Positions 28,803-39,721 are shown, counted from the stretch's first letter. The stretch is 64,000 bases of DNA from an uncultured Fibrobacterota bacterium (GCA_963753345.1 CAVWBU010000016.1:1-64000), one strand, 5' to 3'. Made by a program: numbers and translations. Notes: generated by a model not told the origin, from the letters alone.

Positions 28803-30201
28803 CTATTTCTTCTTCATCAACAGCACGGAGAATGTTTCGTTATTGACGGAAACGGTCGTAAGCACGGTGCGGGAATAACGTGGTTCGATGCAATCCCTGA
28901 AAAGAACTTTGGGGTGCGCTCCCGGAATGCCGTTATGGTAATCGTTTCCCGCGATGAGATAGAATTCCGGCGCCGTTGAATCATAGAGAAAGGTGCATAC
29001 CGCAGGATAAAACCTTCTGTCCTTGAAAGCAAACCACTCGTTGGGGCTTCCCACCACGGGAAGCGAGTCCGCAGGCACACTCGCCTGGATCTGCCGCACA
29101 TACTCGCCAAAATCGTAGTGGCGTTTCCGGAAAAACACCGACGCGTTGTAGGCAAGGAAGATCAGAAACAGAAAGGTCACGGCCCATTCGAGCCGTTTGT
29201 TTCTTTCAAATACATACAATGCCGTCAGGAGCAGGGCGGGATAATAATAGAGCGCATAATGGTGGTTTGCATGCGGATTGACAAAGTTCACCGCCACAAT
29301 GATGCACAGAAACACGAATACGAATCTGTTTTCCCGGTAATACCCTTTGAGAAAGTAAACAATGATGCATCCGGCAAAAAAGACGAAATCGAGCAGGTGC
29401 CGGTAATAATTGACGGAAACGAAAAAGTACTGCGATAAAACCGTTCCCTCCAGCATGCCGACCCCTTTTGCGACCAGCTGCAGGGTGTGGGCAAGGCTCT
29501 GATAATGCAGGGCCAGAAAATACGCAGCGCCGCACAGAAGGCCCGCGGTGAATTTAAGGCCGTTTCGCGCCGCCAGCCGCCGGTCCAGGCTTGCGCGCGG
29601 CCGCCAGACCGACGCAACCCAGGCAAGCGCATACACGAAAAACATTACTCCCATGGGATGGTTTTCAACCGCAATGACGCCAAGCAGGGCTGCGGCAAAA
29701 TACCACTGGCGCACCAAGGAAGAAGAACCCGGCGCTCACCAGAAAGAACGTCATGGATTCCGGTCTCGACAAGACGGCTTCCCGGAAAAACGGCTCGCAC
29801 CACAACACCAGCAGGGCAAAAAAGAACGACAGTTTTCTGGAGAACCGCAGTCGCGTGAGGATGCCGTACCATGCCAACGCGGAAAGAACCATGAACAGCG
29901 CGGAAAGAAGATGGGCATTGTACTTTGTCCATCCGAAGAGGTCAAGGAAACCGGCATACACATACGCCTGCGTTGTGCCGAAGAACCGGAGGTCGGCCAG
30001 CCCGCCGCCGAAACTGGCATCGGGCGGCAGATGTCGAACCAGGGCATTGTAGATAAAGGAGAGGCTCCAGGCGTCGTCGACGTCTTCCACATTGTAAATG
30101 AGATTGAGCCTCAAATAGGAGACGATGATGGAAACAATAATTGCAGCGGCGAGCAGCGTCGCACCGTTGAGACGAAATGACCGTCCGTTCTCCTCATTCA
30201 T
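28803..30201 (-). CDS. Integral membrane glycosyltransferase (GT-C, ArnT/GtrII-like); +1 frameshift at ~29718
   Basis: ORFs 29665-30201 and 28803-29717 join as ...GFFFLVRQWYF... on removing one base. Acidic loop DVDD after TM1, SRPE and HP motifs, many TM helices. Confidence 0.72.
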
Positions 30202-30240
30202 TGCAACGCTCCCGCGTTTTCATCAGCATACAACGCACTG

Positions 30241-32136
30241 CTATTGCCTCGTGCTCGGGAACCTTGCCAGGTCGGTGTGCGGCAAAAACAGCGCGGCAAC
30301 GTACGCGTCCATATAGCGGCTGTCGGACGAGAGGTCGATATAGGTCATGCGCTTGGCAAGCGCCGTGAGCTGATCGCGCCGTGCCTTTGACAGGAGCGCA
30401 AGCGTGGCGCCGGTGAGGGAAGAATTGCCGAGGTACGAAAACCGGTTGCGGGGAATGTCGGGCAGCATGCCGATGCGCACGGCCTTCTCGACGTCGATGA
30501 ACCGCCCGAATCCGCCCGCGATGTACACGTGCGCGATGCTGTCAAAGGTGAGCCCGATGTTCGACAGCATGAGATCGCAGGCCGCGTAGATCGCGGCCTT
30601 GGTGCGCACGAGGTTCTCGATGTCGGCCTCGGTGATCACGATCTCGCTTCCGCCGTGCCCGCCTGCAGACTTGACAAGAACGAGTCCCTTGGTGCCGCCT
30701 ATCTTTTTGACGCGCGACGCCGGAACGCCGTCCGCTATTCTGCCGCTTCTGTCGATAAGACCTTTTGAATACAATTCGCCAAGCAGAGAGATGAGGCCCG
30801 ATCCGCAGATGCCCTTCGGCTTTCCGCCGCCGATCACTCTGTACCCGACCTTCTTCATTTCGAAATCCGTCTCAAACGATTCCATGGCCCCGGTTGCGGC
30901 GCGCATGCCGCACTTGATTCCCGATCCCTCAAACGACGGCCCGGCAGAGCACGCGGCGGCCAGGAGGAATTCGGCGTTGCCGATCACAATTTCTCCGTTT
31001 GTGCCGATGTCCATGAACAGGCTCACCGACGTTTCGTCGTTTATCATCGGCGTGACGAGCAGGCCGGAGGTGATGTCGCCGCCCACATAGCTGCCGACGC
31101 CCGGCGCGATTGAAACCGCCGCGGCCGGGTTTGCATGGATCCCCGCCTCCGCGGCGGTCAGGATCCCGGGTGCATTGACAACCGGGACATACGGACTTTC
31201 GCGTATGCCCTGCGCGGGCAGACCGAGCAGCAGATGCACCATGGTGGTGTTGCCCGCGATCGCGACGTTGAAGACATTGTCGGCCGGTATTCCCAATTCG
31301 TCAAGCGCAGAACCGATGAGACCGTTAACCGTCGAAAGCGCGAGCGAGCGCATCTCCCCGCGCCGCTTCTCATCTTTCGCGTATTCGATCCTGGTTATCA
31401 CGTCCGCGCCCCGCCTGATCTGCGCGTTGTAATCGGACCTGCTGGCAAGAACCGCGCCGTTTGCAAGGTCGACGCAGTGCAGGGAAATTGTCGTGGTGCC
31501 GACGTCGCAGGCGATGCCGATCTGCTTTTCCGCGGCGGCCCCGGCTTCTGCGGAGACTATCTCCGTGCGGCCCGGTTCTCTCCTGACACAGACGGTAACG
31601 AGTCCGTCCTTTGCCCGCAACGCGCCAGGCAGAGAACAAAGCACGTCGCGCCCGCACCGGAGCTGTTCGGACCCGCACGTTTCGGAAAACGCCTTTTCCA
31701 GACGCAAAAAATCGGAATCGCCCGCCCCGGCGGAAGGTTCCTTGACACGCAGCGAAACGGTTTGGATAACCGGAGAAATGTCCTTTGCGGAAGGAAGCAG
31801 CGCGGGATCGATTGCAGCGATGTCCTTTCCCAGCGACAGACTGCGCGCCTCGCCGGCCCTGTCGGGCACCACCGAAAATACGGCGTTGCCGGTTACGATG
31901 CATTGACACGCGAGAAGCCGCACCTGATTGCCGTCCCGGCCCGGCGACATCACCTTCCCGTCTTTTTTGACGCTGCCGCTCACGAGGTCGATCTCGCACC
32001 TGCCGCATGTGCCCTTGCCTCCGCATTCGAGGTGGAGCTCGGTCTCGTTGAGCAAGGCAGCGGCGTCGGAAACGCGGGTGCCGGCCGGGACCGGCCCCGA
32101 CCTGTTGGAAGGGAGAAAGGTGACAATATAGACCAT
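30241..32136 (-). CDS. ASKHA-domain reductive activator of corrinoid proteins (RACo/DUF4445) with N-terminal 2Fe-2S domain
   Basis: CGGKGTCGRC..LAC, DVGTTT, GSYVGGDI, DIGTNGE, SAGPSFEG, GICGSG, AGGFG. Confidence 0.93.
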   Translation of the reverse strand: MVYIVTFLPSNRSGPVPAGTRVSDAAALLNETELHLECGGKGTCGRCEIDLVSGSVKKDGKVMSPGRDGNQVRLLACQCIVTGNAVFSVVPDRAGEARSLSLGKDIAAIDPALLPSAKDISPVIQTVSLRVKEPSAGAGDSDFLRLEKAFSETCGSEQLRCGRDVLCSLPGALRAKDGLVTVCVRREPGRTEIVSAEAGAAAEKQIGIACDVGTTTISLHCVDLANGAVLASRSDYNAQIRRGADVITRIEYAKDEKRRGEMRSLALSTVNGLIGSALDELGIPADNVFNVAIAGNTTMVHLLLGLPAQGIRESPYVPVVNAPGILTAAEAGIHANPAAAVSIAPGVGSYVGGDITSGLLVTPMINDETSVSLFMDIGTNGEIVIGNAEFLLAAACSAGPSFEGSGIKCGMRAATGAMESFETDFEMKKVGYRVIGGGKPKGICGSGLISLLGELYSKGLIDRSGRIADGVPASRVKKIGGTKGLVLVKSAGGHGGSEIVITEADIENLVRTKAAIYAACDLMLSNIGLTFDSIAHVYIAGGFGRFIDVEKAVRIGMLPDIPRNRFSYLGNSSLTGATLALLSKARRDQLTALAKRMTYIDLSSDSRYMDAYVAALFLPHTDLARFPSTRQ

Positions 32137-32208
32137 GAAAGAAAAATACAAGCCGCCGTGCCAGGCTGTGGCCGGTTGGCGATTGTTACTCGGTGTCTTG
32201 TTTTGTCC

Positions 32209-32982
32209 CTACGGCAAACAGATCCCGATCCTCTCCAGCCGTAGTTCCATTTTGTCACCTAGTGAAAAGTAAACCAACCGCGCCTTGCCGAGCATATCGG
32301 AGAGAGGAACAGGACCATAATGCCGCGAATCGTCGGAGTGTTCAGAATTGTCTCCCAGCACAAACACATGGCCATGCGGAACGACCACATCGCCTGACGA
32401 AATTCTCATCGTGTCGCCGGGCAGCCCGGCAATGCGTTTGATGTAGAGCTTGCTTCTATCGTCGGGGTCGCGGTAGAGGATGACCTCCCCCTTATTAGGG
32501 GGATTGTGCCGATAATACGTTTTATCAACTACCACGTAATCGCCCGGAAGCACGGCAGGCTTCATGGACCCTGTGACCACATGGCAGAACTGCATGATGT
32601 TGTCAGACGTGTACGAATATGCCGCGCCCATGAGAAAAACCGAGCACAGCATGAACAGCGCGGCATACACGTACCAGCGGTTGTACCACTTGAGCATGTA
32701 GCCTTTGCCCCGCGACGACGCCGCTTTCCATGCCTCAATGCCGAAGCAGATGTAGAATGTCATGGCCGCAACCGACACAAGGCCTGTTCCCAGAAGAAGC
32801 GCCGGCGTGGGCAGCAAAACCGTGATGCGCATTCCGGCCACAAGGGCCATAATGAATATGGCGAAGAAACAGAGACCCTTTGTTAATTCTCCGTTGTAAA
32901 TCTGTCCAAGGCCGGGCTGAACAAGTCCGGCAATGAGCGCGTAGGTCCTATTCCTGTCCTTGATCCGAACCGGCGGTTCCAT
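32209..32982 (-). CDS. lepB: Signal peptidase I with extended N-terminal membrane region
   Basis: GSMKPAV.PGD, YIKRIAGLPGD, FVLGDN...SDDSRHYG. Confidence 0.92.
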   Translation of the reverse strand: MEPPVRIKDRNRTYALIAGLVQPGLGQIYNGELTKGLCFFAIFIMALVAGMRITVLLPTPALLLGTGLVSVAAMTFYICFGIEAWKAASSRGKGYMLKWYNRWYVYAALFMLCSVFLMGAAYSYTSDNIMQFCHVVTGSMKPAVLPGDYVVVDKTYYRHNPPNKGEVILYRDPDDRSKLYIKRIAGLPGDTMRISSGDVVVPHGHVFVLGDNSEHSDDSRHYGPVPLSDMLGKARLVYFSLGDKMELRLERIGICLP

Positions 32983-33232
32983 GATGCTTCCCCTTTCCTG
33001 TTGTTTTTCTACTGCGAAATGATCGGCGCGAAAACCGCGTAGTACAGCCGGATCGCCTGGACTATCGTACTATAAAATACGCAGAAGCAGGCAAAAGGTT
33101 CCCGTACATCCGCTTAATGTCATATCTTTTTTCAAACGCTCGATGTTTCGCATGTGGGACGCCGCGAAATTTATGTATTTTAGTTGCACACCAAGCAGAC
33201 CAAGAAATCATCGATAAAAGGATGCTCGTAGC

Positions 33233-34570
33233 ATGATCGGATGTCATTTCGGCCGTTTCTTCCAGGTGACCGTTGCCGGCGGATCCTACCAGGAAGGGCT
33301 TACCGCAGTTGTACAGGGCGTTCCGCCCGGGCTGCTGCTTTCCGAAGAGGAAATCTATGCCGATCTGCTCCTGCGCAAACCAGGCACCGACGAACTTTCG
33401 TCCCCGCGCAAGGAACCCGACCTTCCTATAATATATTCGGGCGTCAATCCGGCCGACACGATTGAGAACGCGGGCAACCGGAACCATACCAACGGCACGC
33501 CGGTCACGGTTCTCATCCCCAACCTCGACCGCCACTTTGTTCACGTCAAACAGTATCAGGACACCAACCGGACGCCGAGGCCGGGGCACGCTTCGTATGC
33601 GTCGTTTATCAAGTACGGCCCGGACGACGACGCGGTCGGCGCGGGCATTTTTTCCGGCCGCTACACCTCGACCATCGTCGCGGCGGGGTCCATCGCCAGA
33701 AAGGTGCTTGCGAAATGCGGCATCAAGGTGTTCGCTTATGTAAAGGAAGCGGCCGGCGTCCGCTGCCCCGAACTTCCGCTCGACGCCATCGAGCGCCGCA
33801 CAAACTCCTACAAGGCCATGCGGCGCGATTTCGATCCGTTCTACCGCGAAGTGTATATCAACCGCCGCATCACGCCGGAAATGCGGTTCCTCGAAAAGGC
33901 TGCGGTGTTCGCTGAAATCGAGAATGAGATAGACGCGATACGCGAGCGCGGCCCCGTCATGAAAGCCGGCGACATACGCAAAAAGTACGATGTTCACCCG
34001 GTACTCAATTGTCCGGACGTCGGCGCCGCCGATGCAATGGTCAAGGCCATCAACGCGATCACGGCCAGCGGCGATTCCAGCGGCGGCGTAGTTGAAATCG
34101 TTGCCACCGGCCTTCCCGCAGGACTCGGCGAACCGGTGTTCGACAAGCTCGACGCCGAGCTCGGCAGGATGCTCGGCATCGGCGCGGTAAAAGCGGTGGA
34201 GGTCGGCGCAGGCATGGCGGTCAAGGACATGACCGGCATCCAGAGCAACGATCAGATGCATTCCGAGAACGGCAAAGTTATGTTTGATTCGAACAACGCC
34301 GGCGGCGTTACCGGCGGCCTTGCCACCGGTGCTCCTCTCATTGTCCGGCTCGCGGTAAAACCGACACCCACCATCGCCAAGAAACAGCATACCGTCGACA
34401 AGTACACGCTCGAAAACAAGGAACTCGCCGCCATCACGCGCCGCGATCCTACCATTGTGGCCCGTGTGTGGCCGGTTGCCGAGAACTTCACCGCAATGGT
34501 GCTGCTCGACCACCTTCTTCTGCACTACGGCTACCAGACATTAAGGAAAATTGTGGAAAAGGCATCATAG
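33233..34570 (+). CDS. aroC: Chorismate synthase-family protein (divergent, with ~70-aa insertion)
   Basis: SPRKEPD, TNGTP, PRPGHA, GDSSGGVVE, GLGEPVFDKLDA, SNNAGGVTGG, VKPTPTI. Confidence 0.85.
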   Translation: MIGCHFGRFFQVTVAGGSYQEGLTAVVQGVPPGLLLSEEEIYADLLLRKPGTDELSSPRKEPDLPIIYSGVNPADTIENAGNRNHTNGTPVTVLIPNLDRHFVHVKQYQDTNRTPRPGHASYASFIKYGPDDDAVGAGIFSGRYTSTIVAAGSIARKVLAKCGIKVFAYVKEAAGVRCPELPLDAIERRTNSYKAMRRDFDPFYREVYINRRITPEMRFLEKAAVFAEIENEIDAIRERGPVMKAGDIRKKYDVHPVLNCPDVGAADAMVKAINAITASGDSSGGVVEIVATGLPAGLGEPVFDKLDAELGRMLGIGAVKAVEVGAGMAVKDMTGIQSNDQMHSENGKVMFDSNNAGGVTGGLATGAPLIVRLAVKPTPTIAKKQHTVDKYTLENKELAAITRRDPTIVARVWPVAENFTAMVLLDHLLLHYGYQTLRKIVEKAS

Positions 34571-34590
34571 CCGCCACCGTGGAGAACCTC

Positions 34591-36060
34591 ATGCACAAAT
34601 TGAGAATTGCGTTTTTTGCCGTTGCGCTTGCCTCGCTCGCCGCTTCGGCGTACGACATCAACGTGCCGGTCACCTACGACACGCTGAAAAACGGGCTCCG
34701 CATCATCGTCGTGCCGGACACGAACGTCGCCGTGGTCTCGTGCCGGCTGTACTACTTTGTGGGATCGATGTACGAGCAGTTCAGCAGGTCGGGCCTGTCC
34801 CACATGTACGAGCACATGATGTTCAAGGGGACCCACCGGCTCAACACTTCCGATTTCGCCAAGGAATCGGTGTGGCTCGCAAAGATCGACTCGGTTGACA
34901 AAATCATATTCGCCATGAAGAACCGGGGCATACCGGACACGGCCGTCTCCTGCGTTCGGCTGCGCGCGGAAATACTCGGATACATTGAGAAGGAACGTGT
35001 CTACATCAAGAAAGACGAGATCTGGAAACTGTACATGGACAACGGCGGGACCCACCTCAATGCCTGGACCGGCGAGGACATGACCGCCTATATCGTCACC
35101 CTGCCGAAAAACAAGGTGGAGCTTTTTTACTGGATAGAATCCGACAGGATGGCGAACCCGGTGTTCCGCGAGTTTTACAGCGAGCGCGACGTGGTACTCG
35201 AAGAGCGCAGAATGCGCTGGGAAAACCAGCCCGCCAACCGTTTCTACGAATATCTCAACTCGCTTTTCTATCTGGCGCACCCCTACCGTCTTCCCACCAT
35301 CGGGTGGAAATCGGACATCGAGAACTACACCATACAGGACCTTGCCCGTCATGTCAAGCAATACTACACGCCCGACAACGCGGTGCTCGTGCTCGTGGGC
35401 AACATAGCTCCCGCAAAGGCCGTTGCCGACATCAAACGCTATTTCGGCGCCATCCCGCGGGCGGCCGCGCCCAAGCAGGAAGTGGTGACGCGCGAGCCGC
35501 AGGCCATCGGCGAGACGCGCTTTACCGTTCGCGACGACGCCACGCCCCAGATCGACATCATGTTCCACACGCCCGGGTACGACAACGAGGATCTTTACAA
35601 GCTGGACGTGCTCGAATCCATCCTTTCGGGTCGCAGTGGGCGTTTGTACGACCGGCTTGTCAACCGCGAAGACATCTGCACGGACGCCGAGGCAAGCAAC
35701 GCGTTCAAGCTTCAGGACGGGTATTTCGAGGTGGCGGCGACGCTCAAGAAGGACACCGACCCGGCCCGGGTCGAAAAAATCATCAGGGAGGAAATTGCCT
35801 CCCTTGCCGCAAGGCCCCCGTCCCCGAGGGAGATGCAACGGATCAAGAATTCGCTCCGCATGTCGTTCGTATCCAATCTGAGAAGTCTGGAGGGGCTTTC
35901 GGACCGGCTGGCGTGGTTCGAGCGGCTTGGTTCCTGGAAAGCCATGCTATCGTACCCGGACCGGATCGACGCAGTTCGGCCCGAAGACGTTTCGGCCGTC
36001 GTGAAGAAGTATTTCGATTTCGACAGGGCGACGGTTGGCATTCTTCTGCAGAAGCAGTAA
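34591..36060 (+). CDS. M16B zinc peptidase, catalytic subunit (secreted)
   Basis: Signal peptide, LKNGL, GLSHMYEHMMFKGT (HxxEH), NAWT, ESDRM, ERDVVLEERR. Confidence 0.95.
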   Translation: MHKLRIAFFAVALASLAASAYDINVPVTYDTLKNGLRIIVVPDTNVAVVSCRLYYFVGSMYEQFSRSGLSHMYEHMMFKGTHRLNTSDFAKESVWLAKIDSVDKIIFAMKNRGIPDTAVSCVRLRAEILGYIEKERVYIKKDEIWKLYMDNGGTHLNAWTGEDMTAYIVTLPKNKVELFYWIESDRMANPVFREFYSERDVVLEERRMRWENQPANRFYEYLNSLFYLAHPYRLPTIGWKSDIENYTIQDLARHVKQYYTPDNAVLVLVGNIAPAKAVADIKRYFGAIPRAAAPKQEVVTREPQAIGETRFTVRDDATPQIDIMFHTPGYDNEDLYKLDVLESILSGRSGRLYDRLVNREDICTDAEASNAFKLQDGYFEVAATLKKDTDPARVEKIIREEIASLAARPPSPREMQRIKNSLRMSFVSNLRSLEGLSDRLAWFERLGSWKAMLSYPDRIDAVRPEDVSAVVKKYFDFDRATVGILLQKQ

Positions 36061-36107
36061 GCAGCCATCCCGGCGTCATTACCCGCGGAGAAAAGGAAAC
36101 CTGACAA

Positions 36108-37562
36108 ATGCAAATGAAAGCGATCCATCGGTTTATTCTCCTTGCGGCGCTTGCGGTCGGCACCTGCGGCGCGCAGGTGCCTTCCCATCCGTCAAAGATC
36201 ACCTACCCGCCGCTTGGCTGGAAGGTTCCGCTCGGAGGGCCCTACCGCCAGGTGCTCGACAACGGCCTTGTCGCCTATATCGCCGAGGACCATTCCCTGC
36301 CGTATTTCCAGCTTTCCGGCATCATACGCTACGGCTCGATCTGCGATCCCGCCGGCAAGGACGGCATTTCCTCGCTCATGACCTCTCTCATGCGGCTCGG
36401 AGGGACCTCGACCTACAACGCCGACACGCTTGACGCCATTATCGACCTTTATGCGCTGCACGTCTCGGTGTCGGCCTCCGACACGCGCGTGTCCTTTTCG
36501 TGCGCGTGCCTGTCCGAATACATGGACACGTGCCTGTACATTCTGTCGCAGGTGCTTTTTCATCCTGTGTTCGAGGAAAAAAAGGTGAAAAAGCAGACGT
36601 CGATTTTCCTTGAATCGATTGCCCACCGATTCGACAACCCGGACCCCGTTCTCGACGCCGCCTACGAAAAGGCCATGTACAAAGACGGCCAGAACAGCCG
36701 CATACCCTTTCCCGAAACCATCGGCAAAATAACCAGGAAAGACCTTGTCGAGCTTCACAAAAAGGTATTCAGGACCGAGAACATGATCGTGGCCGCGGCG
36801 GGCAAATTCGACCGAGCGGCGCTGTCGCGCAGGCTGGCCGCGCTCTTTCCGAAGGCGGCGGCGCCGGCGGATACCGGCTATCCGGTCATTGCCGTAAAGC
36901 CTCTCGCAAAATGCGTGCTTGTCAACAAGCCGATAAGCCAGAGCTACATCCGGATGGGGCTGCCGCTCTTCAAGCGGCCCAACGACGATTTCTACGCCGT
37001 CCAGCTCCTCAACATGATCCTCGGCGGCGAGGGGTTCACCTCACGCCTCGGCACCAAGGTCAGGTCCGACGCGGGGCTCGCCTACGTCGTCTACTCCAGC
37101 GCGGGATCGAATTACTTCTACCCCGCCACACTCTTCATAGAATTCCACACCAAGAACGAGACCGCAAGCCGCGCCATGGCGATTTCGCTTGAGGAAGTCA
37201 AACGGCTCCGTGATGCCGGAGTGACCGACGAGGAACTCGCCCATGCCAAGAAGGAGCTCATCGACGGCCTGCCGTCAATGTTCCGCTCGCCTGCCGACAT
37301 CGTGGACAACTACGCCGACAACGAATACCTCAGGCGGCCGGCCGACCATTTCGCAAAGTACCCCGACCGGATAAATGCCTTGACAAAAGCAGACGTCCTT
37401 GCGGCGGCAAAGAAATACCTGGACCTCGCGAACATCACCGTTACGGTCGTCGGGGACACCGCGGCCGTTTTCAAGGCCGATACCGTTGCGGGTTTTTCGC
37501 TGCGCGCGCAGAAACCCCGCGTGGCGGTCGGCGTCGCGGATTCCCTGTTCCGCCTGAAGTGA
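36108..37562 (+). CDS. M16B peptidase, non-catalytic partner subunit
   Basis: LDNGL, no HxxEH, ILGGEGFTSRL..VRS..GLAY. Confidence 0.92.
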   Translation: MQMKAIHRFILLAALAVGTCGAQVPSHPSKITYPPLGWKVPLGGPYRQVLDNGLVAYIAEDHSLPYFQLSGIIRYGSICDPAGKDGISSLMTSLMRLGGTSTYNADTLDAIIDLYALHVSVSASDTRVSFSCACLSEYMDTCLYILSQVLFHPVFEEKKVKKQTSIFLESIAHRFDNPDPVLDAAYEKAMYKDGQNSRIPFPETIGKITRKDLVELHKKVFRTENMIVAAAGKFDRAALSRRLAALFPKAAAPADTGYPVIAVKPLAKCVLVNKPISQSYIRMGLPLFKRPNDDFYAVQLLNMILGGEGFTSRLGTKVRSDAGLAYVVYSSAGSNYFYPATLFIEFHTKNETASRAMAISLEEVKRLRDAGVTDEELAHAKKELIDGLPSMFRSPADIVDNYADNEYLRRPADHFAKYPDRINALTKADVLAAAKKYLDLANITVTVVGDTAAVFKADTVAGFSLRAQKPRVAVGVADSLFRLK

Positions 37563-37577
37563 GCGAGGGGAAAGGTC

Positions 37578-38060
37578 ATGAAAATCGGCGTATTTGTCCA
37601 TTCACAGACGGGAAATACGGCCAAGCTCGGTCTTGCCGTCGTTCATGCGCTCCGGGAAAAGGGGCACGATGTCGCCATTGAACTCCTGCGGCCTGCGGGG
37701 AGAGTGAATCCCGGTTCGAAAAATATCGAGTTCAGAAACCTCCCGGACGCCGCGAGGTTTGAGGCCGTCCTGTTCGGCGGGCCCATCTGGGCGCACAACG
37801 TTTCTCCGGTCATCACTTCGGCGATCACACAGTTAGCCGGTCTCAAGGGGAAGAAAACGCTTTTCTTCCTCACCTCATTTTTTCCCCCGTCGCTGTCGGG
37901 ATGCAAACGGTCACAGGCCGCGGTTCGAAGCCTGCTGGAAGAAACCGGCGCATCGGTTCTTACGGGTGAATCGCTGTCGTGGGGATTCTGGTGCGGCAAG
38001 AAAAGGCTCGAATCGGCAGCGGCCAGGATCTGTGAACGGGTACTGGACACCGCTCATTGA
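37578..38060 (+). CDS. Flavodoxin family protein
   Basis: HSQTGNTAKL, FGGPIWA, LKGKK. Confidence 0.88.
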   Translation: MKIGVFVHSQTGNTAKLGLAVVHALREKGHDVAIELLRPAGRVNPGSKNIEFRNLPDAARFEAVLFGGPIWAHNVSPVITSAITQLAGLKGKKTLFFLTSFFPPSLSGCKRSQAAVRSLLEETGASVLTGESLSWGFWCGKKRLESAAARICERVLDTAH

Positions 38061-38077
38061 CGCATGGTGAGGGACGC

Positions 38078-39394
38078 CTACAAAATATTCGCTGCCAACT
38101 CCGATAAAAGCGACCGTTCCCCTTTGGTAAGCGTCACGTGCGCCGCGATTTCCTGCGCCTTGAACTTCTCCACCACATAGGTAAGGCCGTTGCTCGACGA
38201 GTCTATGTACGGATTGTCAATCTGATACGGGTCGCCGGTGAGCACGATCTTTGTCCCGTCGCCCACCCGCGTAATGATGGTTTTTATCTCGTGGGGCGTG
38301 AGGTTCTGCGCCTCGTCCACGATCAGATACTGGTTGTGGATGGACCTTCCCCGGATGTACGTGAGCGGCTCGATGATCAGGATGCCCGTGTCCATGAGCT
38401 CCTTGAACCCCCGGATATGCCGCCTCGCCTTGGCCTCGCTCCGCAGGAGCAGGTCCACGTTGTCGATAATGGGATACATCCACGGCGTGAGCTTTTCTTC
38501 CACGGTCCCCGGCAGAAACCCGATGTCCTTGCCCATGGGAAGCGTGGGACGTGACACAAGGATCCGCGAAAACAGGTTTTCGTCGATCGTCTTGTTGAGG
38601 CTTGCCGCAACCGCAAGCAGTGTCTTGCCGGTGCCCGCCTTTCCCACCAGCGTCACGAGCTGAATGGCGTCGTTGAGAAGGGCGTCCATGGTGAACAGCT
38701 GTTCGCTGTTGCGCGGTTTGATCCGGAACATGCCTTCCCTGCCCTCGGAAATGAGCCGGACGATCTTCCTCTCCTTTGCGTCGAATCGGCCCATTGCGAA
38801 ATGAGAAGGGTCCGCGCCGTCCGCGAGCGTGACGTACTGGTTCGGAAAGAAATCGCCCTGCACCTCGCAAACGCCCTTCTCGCGAAGCGCGTCCACGGTT
38901 GCCGCGTCGGCGGCCACGCGGGTGTAGCCGGAGTAAAGTTCCTCTATGTCAACCTTGTCGGACTCATAGTCCTCGACCACCACGCCGAGCGCGTCCGCCT
39001 TGATCCGGAGGTTGATGTCCTTGCTCACGAACACGGTCGGCGTGGCGCCCGCTCTTTCTTTCACCGCAAGGGTGATGGCGAGAATGAAATTGTCGCGGGG
39101 CTTTTCCTGAAACTCTCGGGGAATCCGGCGCACCGCCTCGGCATCGCTGAGCGTGACGAAAAGGGTGCCGCCGTTCTCAAGCTTCACCCCCTTCGTAAGT
39201 GACCCGCGTTTACGAAGCGCATCGAGGTAACGCGATGTCTGGCGGGCATTTCTGCCCGTCTCGCTAACGTCTTTCTTGAAGTGGTCGATGTCTTCGATCA
39301 CGGTGATCGGTATAATCACATTGTTGTCTTCAAAATTGAACAGCGCGTGAGCGTCGTAAAGAAGGACGGTGGTGTCAAGAATGAAGTTTTTCAT
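38078..39394 (-). CDS. PhoH family protein with N-terminal PIN domain (PhoH2/YlaK)
   Basis: FILDTTVLL, SKDINLRIKA (PIN). GKAGTGKT, IGFLPG, YIRGRS, DEAQN, GDPYQID. Confidence 0.95.
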   Translation of the reverse strand: MKNFILDTTVLLYDAHALFNFEDNNVIIPITVIEDIDHFKKDVSETGRNARQTSRYLDALRKRGSLTKGVKLENGGTLFVTLSDAEAVRRIPREFQEKPRDNFILAITLAVKERAGATPTVFVSKDINLRIKADALGVVVEDYESDKVDIEELYSGYTRVAADAATVDALREKGVCEVQGDFFPNQYVTLADGADPSHFAMGRFDAKERKIVRLISEGREGMFRIKPRNSEQLFTMDALLNDAIQLVTLVGKAGTGKTLLAVAASLNKTIDENLFSRILVSRPTLPMGKDIGFLPGTVEEKLTPWMYPIIDNVDLLLRSEAKARRHIRGFKELMDTGILIIEPLTYIRGRSIHNQYLIVDEAQNLTPHEIKTIITRVGDGTKIVLTGDPYQIDNPYIDSSSNGLTYVVEKFKAQEIAAHVTLTKGERSLLSELAANIL

Positions 39395-39721
39395 GGCGAT
39401 TTCTTCCCGCAAAAGTTGCGCAAAACGTTTGGAGACAAAATTAATGACGTGATACCTGATACGCCAATCTTTTCAGACCGTCATTGAGGCATTGACATTG
39501 CCATGGTGACCAAAAAATATGCAATATCTTCAGACGTAGTAAGTTTAGGGCAGTTTTGTTGACGCTGATGAGTCAAGCATTTTTTCCGGGATCAAGTATA
39601 TTTTGCGATAGGAACGATTGCGGGCATGCTGTCCCTGAGATGCTCCCATGAGACCACTCCATATGATAGATATAAGAACACGGGCGGCTCAATCATTCGT
39701 CATTATTATAATGGAATAAGC

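Noticed and set aside
30200-30216. GGGAGCGTTGCA on the minus strand resembling a SAH riboswitch core
   Set aside because: It is the RBS region in a 39-nt intergenic gap, and the rest of the motif is absent.
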